DNA of 64,000 bases from Candidatus Latescibacterota bacterium. Lineage in GTDB: Bacteria; Latescibacterota; UBA2968; GCA-2709665. Shown piece by piece: positions 32,227 to 42,278 of this stretch. Positions within the stretch are counted from its first letter, which is position 1; every line of letters starts with the position of its first letter. Location of the stretch: assembly GCA_965205485.1 (NCBI GenBank), contig OZ242180.1, positions 1,664,001 through 1,728,000 of the forward strand. Reading direction: 5' to 3'. Both the position numbers and the translations under genes were made by a program. A model generated the notes under the pieces. It was not told the DNA's origin and searched no databases. It was given only the letters and a program-made list of their open reading frames with translations.

Positions 32227-32273
32227 TGGTTTCCTCGTTTTTGGGGGTATTTCGCTGTTGCGCGTTGGAACGA

Positions 32274-34598
32274 CTACACCAGCACCGGGCCGTTGGCGTC
32301 GGACCAGTCCATCCTGATCCGATCCACCTCACCGTCGTGATGGACAATTCGCACGTTCCAGACGTCGCCGCGGCGGGTGATCCTCGACGTGACGCCCGCG
32401 CTGACGCCGTCCGTGAATGGCACGAGGGCGTAGCCTGTCCGGAAGGGCAACGACGTCCGTTTCCTGTAGATGACGACGGGCGCGGGAACGTCCTGTCCAT
32501 CGATAGCGAGCCATCCCTGTACCGGATCGTTCCGGCCGCAGACGATGCGGGGCGTCATTCTGACGAGGGGGAGGACTTCCAGGTTTGGTGGATGCATGCG
32601 CCCGGTCCGGACGGCGCGGCTTTCCGGGTCGATCAGCACGCGGTAGGGCATGAAGTGGAAGAGCGCCTCGTAAGTGCGGCGGCCTTCGCCCGTGAGTTCG
32701 TCGAAGATGAGAAAGTAATCCGGCTTGACGAACATGACGATCCGGCGGTGCGAGACGGACGCGTCCAAACCGGCATACCCGGCGTCGTACGTGGCGATGG
32801 CCACGTCGGAGCGCTCGTCGGAGCGCCAGACCGTTTTGTCTCGGGCGGATTCAACCCATTCCGCGACGGTGCCTGCCCCGCGGTTCTGCCCGCAGCCGTC
32901 CACGAGGACCGTGTTGTGCGCTTCGGTTGTCTTATAGAACGAGGTCCAGGCATTCGGATAGTACGAGGCGATTCCGGGGTCCACGATGAAGGGCAGACCG
33001 TGGGCGTAGAGATCGAACGAGAGCATATCTTCGTGCTGGTGGAATCGGCCGTACGGACCTCCTTCGAACAGGAGGTAGCGGGCGTCGCGGTCCCAGCCGC
33101 TGCGCATCACGAAATACCCGGAGTCCCGGTGGGCTATGGAAGTGTAGTCCGGCGGGCTGCCTTCTGCTCCCTCGGTGCCGATCCAGGTGGCGGATTCGCT
33201 GTCGAGAATGGCGCCCGGTCCCGTGAGCCCGTCGCCGAATTTTCCGTCCAGGCTGCCGGCGTCGGAAACGGAGGGGAAGGTGAAGTCGGGCCGGTTGACG
33301 GAGACGCACCAGTCGTACATGCGCCGGATGCCTGCTTCCAGTTCAGGATCCAGGGACCGGCCGAACTTTCCTGCCACCTTATATGCATCCAGGAACCAGG
33401 AGGCGATCGAGATCTGATATCCCGGCGTGAGTTCGTAGGAGGCGCCATCCGGAAAGACCTGGATGTCCATGTCGTCGATAAGCCGCCGGCTGGCGGCCTC
33501 GTACCAGGCTTCGGCGTCCTTGAATTCGGGAAAGGAGCAGGCTGTGGCGAGCAGAGACCTGCCTTCCGATATGGTCTTGTTGGAAGGCGGGAAGGATTCG
33601 AATCTCAGGAGGTAGACGACGTGTTCGTAGATGGATTTGAGCAGGTCAACGATGGTCCGGTCTTCGGTCTTCGGACATTCGCAGAGCACGGTGAACGCGT
33701 CGACAAGCGTATTGAACGACCGCATGCTCACGATCAGCGAATGCCCCCAGGCCAGGCCGCCCGCGCGGACGCCGAAGGGAACGGGTGTTTTGCGCATCCA
33801 GTCGCACAGGATGGATTCGATTCCCTTAGGGTATTTGGGGTCCCGGGCCTTTTCCCAGGCACGTTCGAGGGACTTGAAGTAGTAGAACGCGTGGATGATG
33901 ATGGACCACTCGATATATCCGTAAGGGTTTGCGTCCCAGTCCACGCCGTCGGGCCAGTGGTGGTCCATGATATAACCGGCGAGGATCCGGTCCGCCTCTT
34001 CGATATTTGCATCGGACCCTGAATCGGATGTCGTGTGCCGCCTGTTGTACGCGCTGGAACGGAAATGCGATGCGATTGCCGAAAGCCGGGCGTCCCTGCC
34101 GGTTGCCCGCGCCGCGGCTTCGAGCCCCGGATGGTTCAGATCGATGGCGGCGATGAGGGCGTCGTCCGTCATTCGCGGGCCCGTGACGATGCGGCGCTGG
34201 ACGAGGCGGATATTCCGGACGCGGCTTCCGGGCGGCACGCGGATATCGCCCGAGGACATGTCGCCCCACCCCGCCGTCGGGATTCCGGCGGTATAAAAAC
34301 ACTCCGCCGGGAAGCGGAACTCGCGCCAGCCCCGCCAGATGTTGCCGCCGCGGGGGGAGACGATGGCGTTGAACCAGTAGCCGTCGTCCTGGCTCATGCC
34401 TTCGGTGCGATGCCCCGAGGTTAGCGTGCAGCGGATCTCGTCGTCCACCCCTTCAGGCAGGAAGATTTCGGCGCGGATTTCGTTTGCCAGACCCCAGTCG
34501 CCGACATCCAGTGGGAGACCGGCGCGCTCGCCCTGCTCGGCGGTTGATAGGGTCCATTCTGCGACAATAGCGTCGTCTTCGAACATGGTCAGGTCCAT
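32274..34598 (-). CDS. Heparinase II/III family polysaccharide lyase
   Basis: QVFPDG..YELTPGY, SGYFVMRSGW, H.H.D.LSF, VDPG..SY and AHNTVLVDG; AAAGGAGG RBS. Confidence 0.88.
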   Translation of the reverse strand: MDLTMFEDDAIVAEWTLSTAEQGERAGLPLDVGDWGLANEIRAEIFLPEGVDDEIRCTLTSGHRTEGMSQDDGYWFNAIVSPRGGNIWRGWREFRFPAECFYTAGIPTAGWGDMSSGDIRVPPGSRVRNIRLVQRRIVTGPRMTDDALIAAIDLNHPGLEAAARATGRDARLSAIASHFRSSAYNRRHTTSDSGSDANIEEADRILAGYIMDHHWPDGVDWDANPYGYIEWSIIIHAFYYFKSLERAWEKARDPKYPKGIESILCDWMRKTPVPFGVRAGGLAWGHSLIVSMRSFNTLVDAFTVLCECPKTEDRTIVDLLKSIYEHVVYLLRFESFPPSNKTISEGRSLLATACSFPEFKDAEAWYEAASRRLIDDMDIQVFPDGASYELTPGYQISIASWFLDAYKVAGKFGRSLDPELEAGIRRMYDWCVSVNRPDFTFPSVSDAGSLDGKFGDGLTGPGAILDSESATWIGTEGAEGSPPDYTSIAHRDSGYFVMRSGWDRDARYLLFEGGPYGRFHQHEDMLSFDLYAHGLPFIVDPGIASYYPNAWTSFYKTTEAHNTVLVDGCGQNRGAGTVAEWVESARDKTVWRSDERSDVAIATYDAGYAGLDASVSHRRIVMFVKPDYFLIFDELTGEGRRTYEALFHFMPYRVLIDPESRAVRTGRMHPPNLEVLPLVRMTPRIVCGRNDPVQGWLAIDGQDVPAPVVIYRKRTSLPFRTGYALVPFTDGVSAGVTSRITRRGDVWNVRIVHHDGEVDRIRMDWSDANGPVLV

Positions 34599-34617
34599 GG
34601 CGCCTCCTTTCGATTAA

Positions 34618-34826
34618 GAAGCTGTTTTAAAACTCCCAACGGTCTTCGCGCGGCTGCAAAAGCGTCGGTCTGCGTTGGTCAAATCCACCCGTCGTACGAG
34701 ATCGAGGCTGCGCTTGCTCGCCTCTCTTAGGCGAATTTGCCCGTCGGCGCTGCGCGCCCCTCGCGCCTCATAACCGACACATTTTCGCGCGCGCTCGGGA
34801 CTCACCGGGAATTTTAAAACAACTTC
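34618..34826 (+). mobile_element. MITE (209 bp), same family as 10313-10462, with a TAA target duplication
   Basis: GAAGCTGTTTTAAAA...TTTTAAAACAACTTC flanked by TAA (34615-17) and TAA (34827-29); shares internal CGGTCTTCGCGCGGCTGCAAAAGCG. Confidence 0.85.
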
Positions 34827-35180
34827 TAAGACAATTTACGAAATGGGGAATGGGGGTTCAAGAATCATCGCGCATGCCGTAGAGAGCCGCCTTGCCGTCT
34901 TGTCGCCGACCGCATTAGGGCTTGCGGATCGCCGGTCAGGTGTATTTCTTATCGATTGTAAGTTACGGACCTACCCCCTGGCCCCCTTCCTGACAGGAAG
35001 GGGGAAAAAGGAAGAAGGAAGAAGTAGCGGTAACTTTGACATCTGTCACTTCTGCAATAGGACGCTCGCATGACACGAAGGAGAGAGGATTGATGAGGAG
35101 AGCGGAAATCCGGTGGCGTACGGTGTCGTCTCCCCTCTCACGTCTTCCCACTTCAGAGGGTGCCGGGGTAAGGTCCCCCG

Positions 35181-35328
35181 GGAGCGAGGGCATCCTGCCC
35201 TCGGCGGCTGATTCGCGAGCTCCTGGCGCCGTTATTCCAGTAATGGTTTCGGATGGGTGGAAGCAGCAGGCCCTCGATGCGGATATCGACGGGTTGTTTG
35301 CTGTTCGAGGGCAGGATGCCCTCGCTCC
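35181..35328. repeat. REPIN-like element: perfect 23-bp inverted repeat pair
   Basis: GGAGCGAGGGCATCCTGCCCTCG (35181-35203) and its exact reverse complement (35306-35328); degenerate copy at 57752. Confidence 0.85.
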
Positions 35329-35365
35329 GGATATTGGAAGATCGTGTCACGGCTTCTTTAGTTTT

Positions 35366-35555
35366 TCTCCCTCTCTCCTGGTAGGAGAGAGGGCCGGGGA
35401 GAGAGGTCTGGGCGGTGGGGAGTGGCGGATCTTGATCTTGCCTTTCGTCTATAGCTGACGACTGAAGGCAGATGGTTCTGTGCGAGGGGGCCGGGAAGAT
35501 GTGGACTTTGATTCTGTTTTCGTTTTTGATTTTGACGGCTGACGGCTGACGGCTG
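35366..35555 (-). repeat. Composite repeat: CAGC(C/G/T)GT heptamer tandem plus CCCTCTCTCC hairpin module
   Basis: Reverse-orientation homologue of 38920-39030 and 57518-57625. Confidence 0.7.
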
Positions 35556-35569
35556 TTTTTGGAGCGCTG

Positions 35570-36767
35570 ATGGGTATTCGTCTCGGAATCTGCGGCACCG
35601 GAGCATTTGCGAATTCGTTCATACCCCTGTTCAAGGCGCATCCGGACGTCGACCACCTGGTGTTGTGCGACCTGGACGCGGAGAAGCTGGCGGAGAAATC
35701 AGCGCGTTTCGGCGTTCCGGACACGTATCCGTCGCTCGATGCACTGTGCACCTCCGACGTGGACGCCATCGCGATCATTACGCAGCACCATCTGCACGGC
35801 CCACAGGCGGTCCAGGCGTTGCGCAGCGGCAAGCACGTGTATTCGGCGGTGCCGTCGGCCGTGACGCTGGATGAAATCTCCGGGCTTGTGAAGGCGGTGG
35901 AAGAGACCGGGTTGATTTACATGATCGGGGAGACGAGTTATTATTATCCGTGCACCATTTATTGCCGGGACCGTTTTCAGAAGGGAGACTTCGGACATAT
36001 CGTGTACGGAGAGGCGGAGTATTACCACGATTACTCGCACGGACTGTACGCGGTCGCGCAATGGCGGCATGGCGAGAAGTGGAAGACAGCTTTTCGGGTC
36101 CCCGCCGCTGCATTATCCCACGCATTCGACCAGCATGATCGTGTCCGTCACAGGGGCACACGCCACGCACGTGAGCGGGATGGGATTCACGGACCGTCAT
36201 GAGGATAATCTGTATACGAGCGAAGACAACGTCTGGAAGAACCCGTTCAGCAACGAGACCATGTTGTGCAGGATGTCGGACGGAAGCATGGCGCGGTTCA
36301 ACGAGTTCCGCCGAATCGGACATCCCGGCACCGTCGGGATGAGCCTGTATGGAACGGATGCCGGATACGAGGAGCAGGTGGGAGGACAGGTGTGGATCAC
36401 CAAGGACCGGAAAACGTGTGAGGACCTGACCGCGGAATTGTCCTGTGGAGGCGTACTGGCCGCTCCGGCCGACGACCCGATGGGCGCGGTTACGGGGGAC
36501 GACGGCACGCACCAGGGGGCGTCTCCGGTGCATCCGGTACACCTGCTGCCGAGGGAGTTCATCGGCCTGGGAAATGGGCACAAGGGCGCGCACCAGTTCC
36601 TCGTGCACGATTTCGTGACGGCGTGCGTGACGGGCCGAACGCCGCCCAACAACGTGTGGCAGGCGGCGCGGTACCTGGTTCCCGGGCTGGTGGGGCATCA
36701 GTCCGCGATGAGCGGCGGCGTGTTGACGGAAGTGCCGGATTTTGGGGACGGAACCGCAACGTCATGA
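35570..36767 (+). pseudogene. Gfo/Idh/MocA oxidoreductase split by a +1 frameshift near 36083-36087
   Basis: The N-half (35570 frame: GICGTG, GKHVYSAVP, GETSYY, EYYHD) continues in the +1 frame (PPLHYPTHS, EFRRIG, GHKGAHQFLV). May be a sequencing error. Confidence 0.8.
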
Positions 36768-36791
36768 GAGGAATGGTTCGATAGGCGGGAT

Positions 36792-37154
36792 TTGCAAGGG
36801 AATGACCTTGATTCGTCATTTTTCGGGAGACACGAAGTGATTAAGCGAGTATCCGGAGAGGGATGGGCGTTTGTATCCGACGACGTGCCTGACTCTGACA
36901 TGGAACCGCTGGTCTCACGCGCGCCGGAGGAGCAGCAAATCCGGATTCGACTTGAGAAGCGGAAGCGGGGCAAGGTCGTAACGCTGGCGGAAGGTCTCGT
37001 GCTGGTAAAGGGGGACATGAAGGACCTGGCGCGCGCCTTGAGAGAAGCCTGTGGAACAGGGGGGACGATTCGGGGGGAGACGATCGAGTTGCAGGGAGAT
37101 TGCCGTCAAAGGGTCCGTGACTGGCTGGTGGAAAACGGCTGGGGACTTCGATGA
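36792..37154 (+). CDS. yciH: SUI1/YciH translation initiation factor family (start may be GTG 36837)
   Basis: IRLEK..RGKVVT, L..ACGTGGT and IELQGD.R. Confidence 0.9.
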   Translation: MQGNDLDSSFFGRHEVIKRVSGEGWAFVSDDVPDSDMEPLVSRAPEEQQIRIRLEKRKRGKVVTLAEGLVLVKGDMKDLARALREACGTGGTIRGETIELQGDCRQRVRDWLVENGWGLR

Positions 37155-37314
37155 TAGAACAAGAAAGGAAGCCATCAGCGATCAGCCGTCAGCTGTCAGC
37201 CTGAACCGAAAACCGGACAGGAATGTCTGACCCACCATCAAACACGCTTTCTCGCCGGCTCGACAAGTCAACAGGCTGGCCAACAGGGAAACATTCATAG
37301 CGGAGAACTTGACC

Positions 37315-38853
37315 ATGGCCACCGTAGATTGCGATGCAGTGATTCTGGGAGGCGGGCACAACGGGCTGGTTGCGGCGTCCTACCTGGCGGATGCCGGAAT
37401 GGACGTGCTGTTGCTGGAACGCCGCGACCTCCTGGGCGGCGCCTGTGCGACCGAGGAACTCTTTCCCGGCTACCGTTTTTCATCCTGCTCCTACATCTGC
37501 CACCTGCTGCAGGACAAGGTGATCGACGAGTTGGCCCTGCGGGAGCACGGATTCGAGGTCTATCACCTCGACCCCTCCCGGCACCAGCCCTTCCCAAATG
37601 GTTCAGCGCTCCGCCTCTGGGACGACCTGGAACGCAGCCAGGATGAGCTTGCCCGATTCTCTCGGAAGGACGCGGAGGCCTATCCGGAATGGCTCGCTTT
37701 CTGGGAACGGGCAGCAAACATCATCTACCCGTATTTTCTGACGCCGCCGCCTACGATCGGGGAGATCGCCTCGCGGCTGAACGGCACGCCCGACGAGGGG
37801 TTTCTGGACCGCCTGCTCACGACAAGCATGACCGACCTCGTGACGGAGTTCTTCGAGTCCGACGAAGCCCAGGGCGCGTTCATCCAGGCGCAGGACGTGG
37901 GCGACCCGGCGGCGCCGGGCAGCGCGTGGTGTTATGCATATATCAAATGCAACGTGTTCGGCCGGCCGGAGAACGTGGGGATCGTCAAGGGCGGGATGGG
38001 CGGAATCGCCAACGCGCTCGCGAGGGCGGCGCGGTCTCGCGATGCGGTTCTGCAGACGGGAGCGGAGGTTCAACAGATCCTGGTGGAAGAGGGACGGGCG
38101 TGCGGCGTGACGCTGGCCGACGGGACGGAGATCCGCAGCCGGATTGTGGTCTCCAACGCCGATCCCAAGCGAACGTTTTTAAAGCTGCTGCCGCCCGGGG
38201 CGCTGGACGCGCGATTCCTTGCAAAGGCCAATCGTCTGAAGACCAGGACGGCCTACCTTAAATTCCACGCGGCGCTCTCTGGCCTTCCGGACTTCGCGAG
38301 GGGCGAATCCGGATTCGATCCGCGCTGGGCGGCTGAAATCAAGATCTGTCCATCCATCGACTACTTCGTCCGCGCCTGGGACGAGGCCAGGTGTGGGGAT
38401 CCCGCGACTGAACCCGTATTGGAAGTGCAGATTCCATCTGTCTACGACGACTCGATGGCGCCCCCCGGCCACCACGTCATGTCGGTCTGGGCCCTCTATG
38501 CGCCCGTGCGCCCGCGCGACGGCACCTGGGACGAGAGACGCGAAGAGGTGGGTGAGCGCATGATCGATACACTGTCGACCTATGCGCCGAACCTGCGGGA
38601 CATTCTGGTGGACTGGTCGCTGTTCACACCCTATGACCTGGAGGAGAGGGTGGGCCTTACCGACGGCAATATCCGGCACCTGGACATCGTGCCGGACCAG
38701 TTCCTCGCGCAGCGACCCCTCGGCGGATGGTCGCGCTACACGACGCCGGTTCCGAACCTGTATCTCTGCGGCGCGGGTACCCATCCGGGCGGCGAGGTGA
38801 CCGGCGCTCCCGGCCACAACGCCGCGAAGGCCATCCTGGAGGAGTGGGGATAG
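37315..38853 (+). CDS. FAD-dependent oxidoreductase, phytoene dehydrogenase-like (PYROXD2 family)
   Basis: GGGHNGLVAA.YLA, LGGAC.TEE, GGMG, SNADP and LCGAGTHPGG.VTGAPGHNAA. Confidence 0.92.
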   Translation: MATVDCDAVILGGGHNGLVAASYLADAGMDVLLLERRDLLGGACATEELFPGYRFSSCSYICHLLQDKVIDELALREHGFEVYHLDPSRHQPFPNGSALRLWDDLERSQDELARFSRKDAEAYPEWLAFWERAANIIYPYFLTPPPTIGEIASRLNGTPDEGFLDRLLTTSMTDLVTEFFESDEAQGAFIQAQDVGDPAAPGSAWCYAYIKCNVFGRPENVGIVKGGMGGIANALARAARSRDAVLQTGAEVQQILVEEGRACGVTLADGTEIRSRIVVSNADPKRTFLKLLPPGALDARFLAKANRLKTRTAYLKFHAALSGLPDFARGESGFDPRWAAEIKICPSIDYFVRAWDEARCGDPATEPVLEVQIPSVYDDSMAPPGHHVMSVWALYAPVRPRDGTWDERREEVGERMIDTLSTYAPNLRDILVDWSLFTPYDLEERVGLTDGNIRHLDIVPDQFLAQRPLGGWSRYTTPVPNLYLCGAGTHPGGEVTGAPGHNAAKAILEEWG

Positions 38854-38919
38854 CGCGCGAGTCAACCAGGATTCGTATGATTTTCGGGACCTCTCTCGCC
38901 GGTCCCTCAGGCAGGGGGC

Positions 38920-39030
38920 TATCAGCCGTCAGCGGTCAGCTAAAATCGAAAGGCAAAAGCAAAAGCTGCCCCTCCACCCGGCCCCGCAGACCTCTCTCCC
39001 CGGCCCTCTCTCCCACCGGGAGAGAGGGAG
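38920..39030 (+). repeat. Composite heptamer/CCCTCTCTCC-hairpin repeat
   Basis: ATCAGCCGTCAGCGGTCAGC...GCAGACCTCTCTCCCCGGCCCTCTCTCCCACCGGGAGAGAGGG. Confidence 0.7.
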
Positions 39031-39233
39031 CAAAGGCAGGGCTTGTTTTGACGCTTTCTCGCTTTATGCGTCATCAGTGGAGTTTTAGCCGTATGGTCAA
39101 GACGTTGTGACGCACGCCGTTTTGCACCGTCACCTTCTGTGCCTTTTGTGCTTTTTGTGGTAAATTAACGGTTGTCTTTTTCGAATTGAGGTTAAGTACT
39201 CACCAGTTCGTCGACCAGGCGGAATGTTGGAGA

Positions 39234-40577
39234 TCAGAAACGGAGGGTGAATACGGTTTCTTCATCGGGCGTGGATTGAACGCTGATGGCGCCGCGATGC
39301 TGGCGCATGATCTGCCGGCATAGCGACAATCCGATGCCCGATCCCTCCTGTCTGGTCGTGAAGAAGGGGATGAAGATGCGGTCCTGCACCTCGTCGAGGA
39401 TGCCAGGGCCGTTGTCCTGTACGCGGATGAGAACGCGCCCCCTTCGGTCCAGGGCCGCAGTGAGGTCGATACGGGGCTGATCTCGCCCGGCCAGGGCTTC
39501 CGCCGCGTTCCGCACGAGATTGATGAGCGCCTGCTCCACGAGGCTCGGGTCGGCCGTGACTTCCAGGGTCTCGGGTTCGACCCGCGTGCGCAGGGCGATG
39601 CCTGCCGTTTCGCATTCCGGATTCATGAGGGACGCAACGCGGTCGAAGAGTCCGGCGACGGGACAGATCCGGAAGTCGGGCCGGGGTATCCGCGTGAGCT
39701 GGCGGTACGTGTCCACAAACTGCTGCAGGCCTTCGCTACGCGACTGTATGGTCTCGAGCGCGGCGCTCACGTCTGCCTCGGTCTGCTGATCGAGCGGGGA
39801 CTGGCGACCGGATTCGGGAAAGTGGCCGCGTACCGTGGAGGCAAGGGACGAAATGGGCGTGATCGAATTCATGATTTCGTGGATGAGTACCCGTATGAGT
39901 TTCTGCCACGCCTCCATTTCCTGTTCTTCCAGTTCGCTCTGGATGTCCTGCACCGACGCCAGAATGAACGATTCGCCGCGCATCCGGATCTCGGTGGCGT
40001 GGATGATGATCTGAAGGAGTTCGTCTTCGTCCTGGACCTTGACCAGGGTCCTGTCGCCCGGGCCCAGCGCGAGAAGCGTGTCGGCAAGGGTCTCGCTCAC
40101 CGTCTGAAGTTCTCGCACGTTGTGGATGTGGGGCCGGCGAAGCAGGCGCTGGGCGGCGGTATTCATCAGCTCGATGCGGCCGTCAGATCCATAACAGACC
40201 AGGCCAACCCCCACGTGCTGGACCACGGTCTGCAGGTATTGGAAGTTCTCCTCTTTTTCCGCGCGCGTCCTCCGGAAGGCGTTCAGCACCTCGTTGAACG
40301 CCTCTTTCAGGTCGTCGAAGGCGGACCCGAGTCCGCGGCCGCTGAAGGACTGGGAGAAGTCTTCGTACCGGATGGCCTGCAGGAAGCGCGTGAGGTCCCG
40401 GCTGGTGCGCTCCACGTAGTGGATGAGGGCATAGGCCTGGTAAAGCGTCATGCCGGCCAGGATGAGGACGGTGGTGTAGTAGGACGTCTCGAAGAGGACG
40501 TACGCAAGGGCGCAGATGGTGGCGCAGAGGAAAGCCACCCGCACGATGCAGAGCGTCCGGAAGTGTCTATAGACCAT
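39234..40577 (-). CDS. Membrane sensor histidine kinase (NtrY-like, with PAS)
   Basis: Two N-terminal TM helices, H-box HEIMNS, N-box INLVRNA, DNGPGI, FIPFFTT and GSGIGL. Confidence 0.93.
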   Translation of the reverse strand: MVYRHFRTLCIVRVAFLCATICALAYVLFETSYYTTVLILAGMTLYQAYALIHYVERTSRDLTRFLQAIRYEDFSQSFSGRGLGSAFDDLKEAFNEVLNAFRRTRAEKEENFQYLQTVVQHVGVGLVCYGSDGRIELMNTAAQRLLRRPHIHNVRELQTVSETLADTLLALGPGDRTLVKVQDEDELLQIIIHATEIRMRGESFILASVQDIQSELEEQEMEAWQKLIRVLIHEIMNSITPISSLASTVRGHFPESGRQSPLDQQTEADVSAALETIQSRSEGLQQFVDTYRQLTRIPRPDFRICPVAGLFDRVASLMNPECETAGIALRTRVEPETLEVTADPSLVEQALINLVRNAAEALAGRDQPRIDLTAALDRRGRVLIRVQDNGPGILDEVQDRIFIPFFTTRQEGSGIGLSLCRQIMRQHRGAISVQSTPDEETVFTLRF

Positions 40578-41943
40578 ATTTTTCCAGCCTGCGGTAGAGT
40601 GCGCTGCGTGTGATGCCCAGTTCCCGGGCCGTGTGGCTGATGTTTCCCTCGTGCTTCTCGATAGCCTTGCGGATAGCGGTCTTCTCGATGCGTTCGAGGT
40701 TGAAGTCTTCGCAGCGAATGTGGTCGCCCGGGGCGGTTTCCGGCGTACTGAGCGGAAAGTCGGACGGTTGCAGCGTTCCGTTTTCGTTCATGATCACCGC
40801 GCGTTCGATGGCGTGCTGCAGTTCGCGGACGTTTCCGGGCCAGGAGTACCCTTTGAGTTTTTCCAGGGTGCCGGGATGCAGGCCGATGCGGGGCTTCTTG
40901 TACTTCCTGCAATACCGGTCCAGGAAACTGCCGATGAGGAGCGGCAGGTCTTCGCGGCGCTCCCGGAGCGGCGGCAGACTGATTTCAACGGTGTTGACGC
41001 GGTAGAGCAGGTCCTGGCGGAATTCGTTTCGCGCGGCCAGTTCGTGGATGGGCGTATTGGTGGCGCACACGAGCCGGATATCGATGGGGACGGGCTTGTT
41101 GGTGCCCAGGCGAAAAACCGTGCGCTTTTCGAGTACGGTGAGCAGCTTTGCCTGAAGCGGCAGCGAGAGGTTGCCGATCTCATCCAGGAACAGCGTCCCG
41201 CCCGAAGCCGTTTCAAACCGCCCCGCACGGTCATCCCTGGCGTCTGTAAAGGCGCCTTTTTTGTGTCCGAAGAGTTCGCTCTCGAAGAGGGTCTCGGGGA
41301 CGGCGCCGAGGTCCACGTGGATGAAGACCTGGTCCGCACGGCCGGAATGACGGTGAAGGGCGCGTGCGACCGCGTCTTTGCCCGTCCCGTTGTCGCCCAA
41401 GATCAGCACGTTGGCGTCGGTGGCGGCGACCTTCCGGATGGATTCGAAAACATCGCGCATCACCGGAGAGACGGCAACGATACCGGGAAACTGCCTGTCC
41501 AGGTCGGCGTGGATCTGCCGCTGGCGGGAGCGCAGCCGGAAGACGTCGAGCCGCGACCGGCGAAGTCTGGCCGCCGATGACAGCGTGGCCAGCAGCTTCT
41601 CGTTCTGCCAGGGCTTCAGGACAAAGTCCGTGGCGCCTTCCCGTATGGCCTGCACGGCCGTATTGACGTCGCCGAACGCCGTGATCAGGACCACCACGGC
41701 GGACGGATCCAGCTCCAGGATCCTTCCGAGCCAGTGGAACCCTTCCCTGCCCGAGGTGGCGTCCTGCGCGAAGTTCATATCCAGCAGGATCACGTCGTAC
41801 GCGTCGTTCTGCAGCAGTTCGGGAATGCGCTCGGGATCGGCTTCGGTATCCACCCGCCCCGCGTGCTGCTTGAGGAAGAGCTGCGCGGCCAGCAGCACGT
41901 CGCGGTCGTCGTCGACGATCAGAATCTTGTCAAATGTCTTCAT
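40567..41943 (-). CDS. Sigma54-dependent response regulator (REC-AAA+-Fis HTH)
   Basis: REC (VDDD, LLDMN, KPW), [36 protein letters not shown] and [15 protein letters not shown]. Confidence 0.96.
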   Translation of the reverse strand: MKTFDKILIVDDDRDVLLAAQLFLKQHAGRVDTEADPERIPELLQNDAYDVILLDMNFAQDATSGREGFHWLGRILELDPSAVVVLITAFGDVNTAVQAIREGATDFVLKPWQNEKLLATLSSAARLRRSRLDVFRLRSRQRQIHADLDRQFPGIVAVSPVMRDVFESIRKVAATDANVLILGDNGTGKDAVARALHRHSGRADQVFIHVDLGAVPETLFESELFGHKKGAFTDARDDRAGRFETASGGTLFLDEIGNLSLPLQAKLLTVLEKRTVFRLGTNKPVPIDIRLVCATNTPIHELAARNEFRQDLLYRVNTVEISLPPLRERREDLPLLIGSFLDRYCRKYKKPRIGLHPGTLEKLKGYSWPGNVRELQHAIERAVIMNENGTLQPSDFPLSTPETAPGDHIRCEDFNLERIEKTAIRKAIEKHEGNISHTARELGITRSALYRRLEKYGL

Positions 41944-42046
41944 GGAAGCCTCTGTCGTTCAGGCATGGAAAGGCCGCAGGTACCCGGCTATCTGGAGCTC
42001 GAAGGGGTAGGGCCAATCCTGCCGGCAATGGCTCATTCCTTTGGGA

Positions 42047-42062
42047 CGCATTTTTCGTGCCA
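42047..42062 (-). promoter_or_regulatory. sigma54 -24/-12 promoter facing the regulator/kinase operon
   Basis: Minus strand reads TGGCACGAAAAATGCG (GG-N10-GC spacing). Confidence 0.65.
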
Positions 42063-42150
42063 ATGCGCCCCATGGATCGAATTCACGCACAACCATAATG
42101 ATCACAGAGACTTATCCTGTCAAGCGGTTCGAGCACCGGCGCCTCCCACG

Positions 42151-42187
42151 TGTCCATTTTCGAACACTGCTGTATCATTATCGGACA
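42151..42187. promoter_or_regulatory. Paired upstream activator sites, copy 1
   Basis: TGTCCATTTTCGAACA-4 bp-TGTATCATTATCGGACA; recurs at 58810 and 62880. Confidence 0.85.
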
Positions 42188-42250
42188 CTCAGAGGATGGC
42201 GTTTTCGTCGACACAGCGCTAAATGCCTGTAAAATCGGGTGAAATCCACA

Positions 42251-42266
42251 TGGCACGCCCGTTGCT
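42251..42266 (+). promoter_or_regulatory. sigma54 -24/-12 promoter of the permease array
   Basis: TGGCACGCCCGTTGCT, a perfect TGGCACG-N4-TTGCW. Confidence 0.88.
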
Positions 42267-42278
42267 GATGTTCTTAAA

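Noticed and set aside
30580..34022. Long plus-strand ORFs of 586 aa and 598 aa
   Set aside because: Antisense shadows of the CocE and heparinase genes, expected in GC-rich DNA; no recognisable motifs.
34843..35656. Short ORFs in repeat-rich intergenic DNA (also 42.0-42.8, 45.2-45.8 and 51.0-51.6 kb)
   Set aside because: Their translations are just repeat motifs (e.g. VIQSGAKNL, PFDKLR, SEGILPS, RQPSAV), with no family signature.
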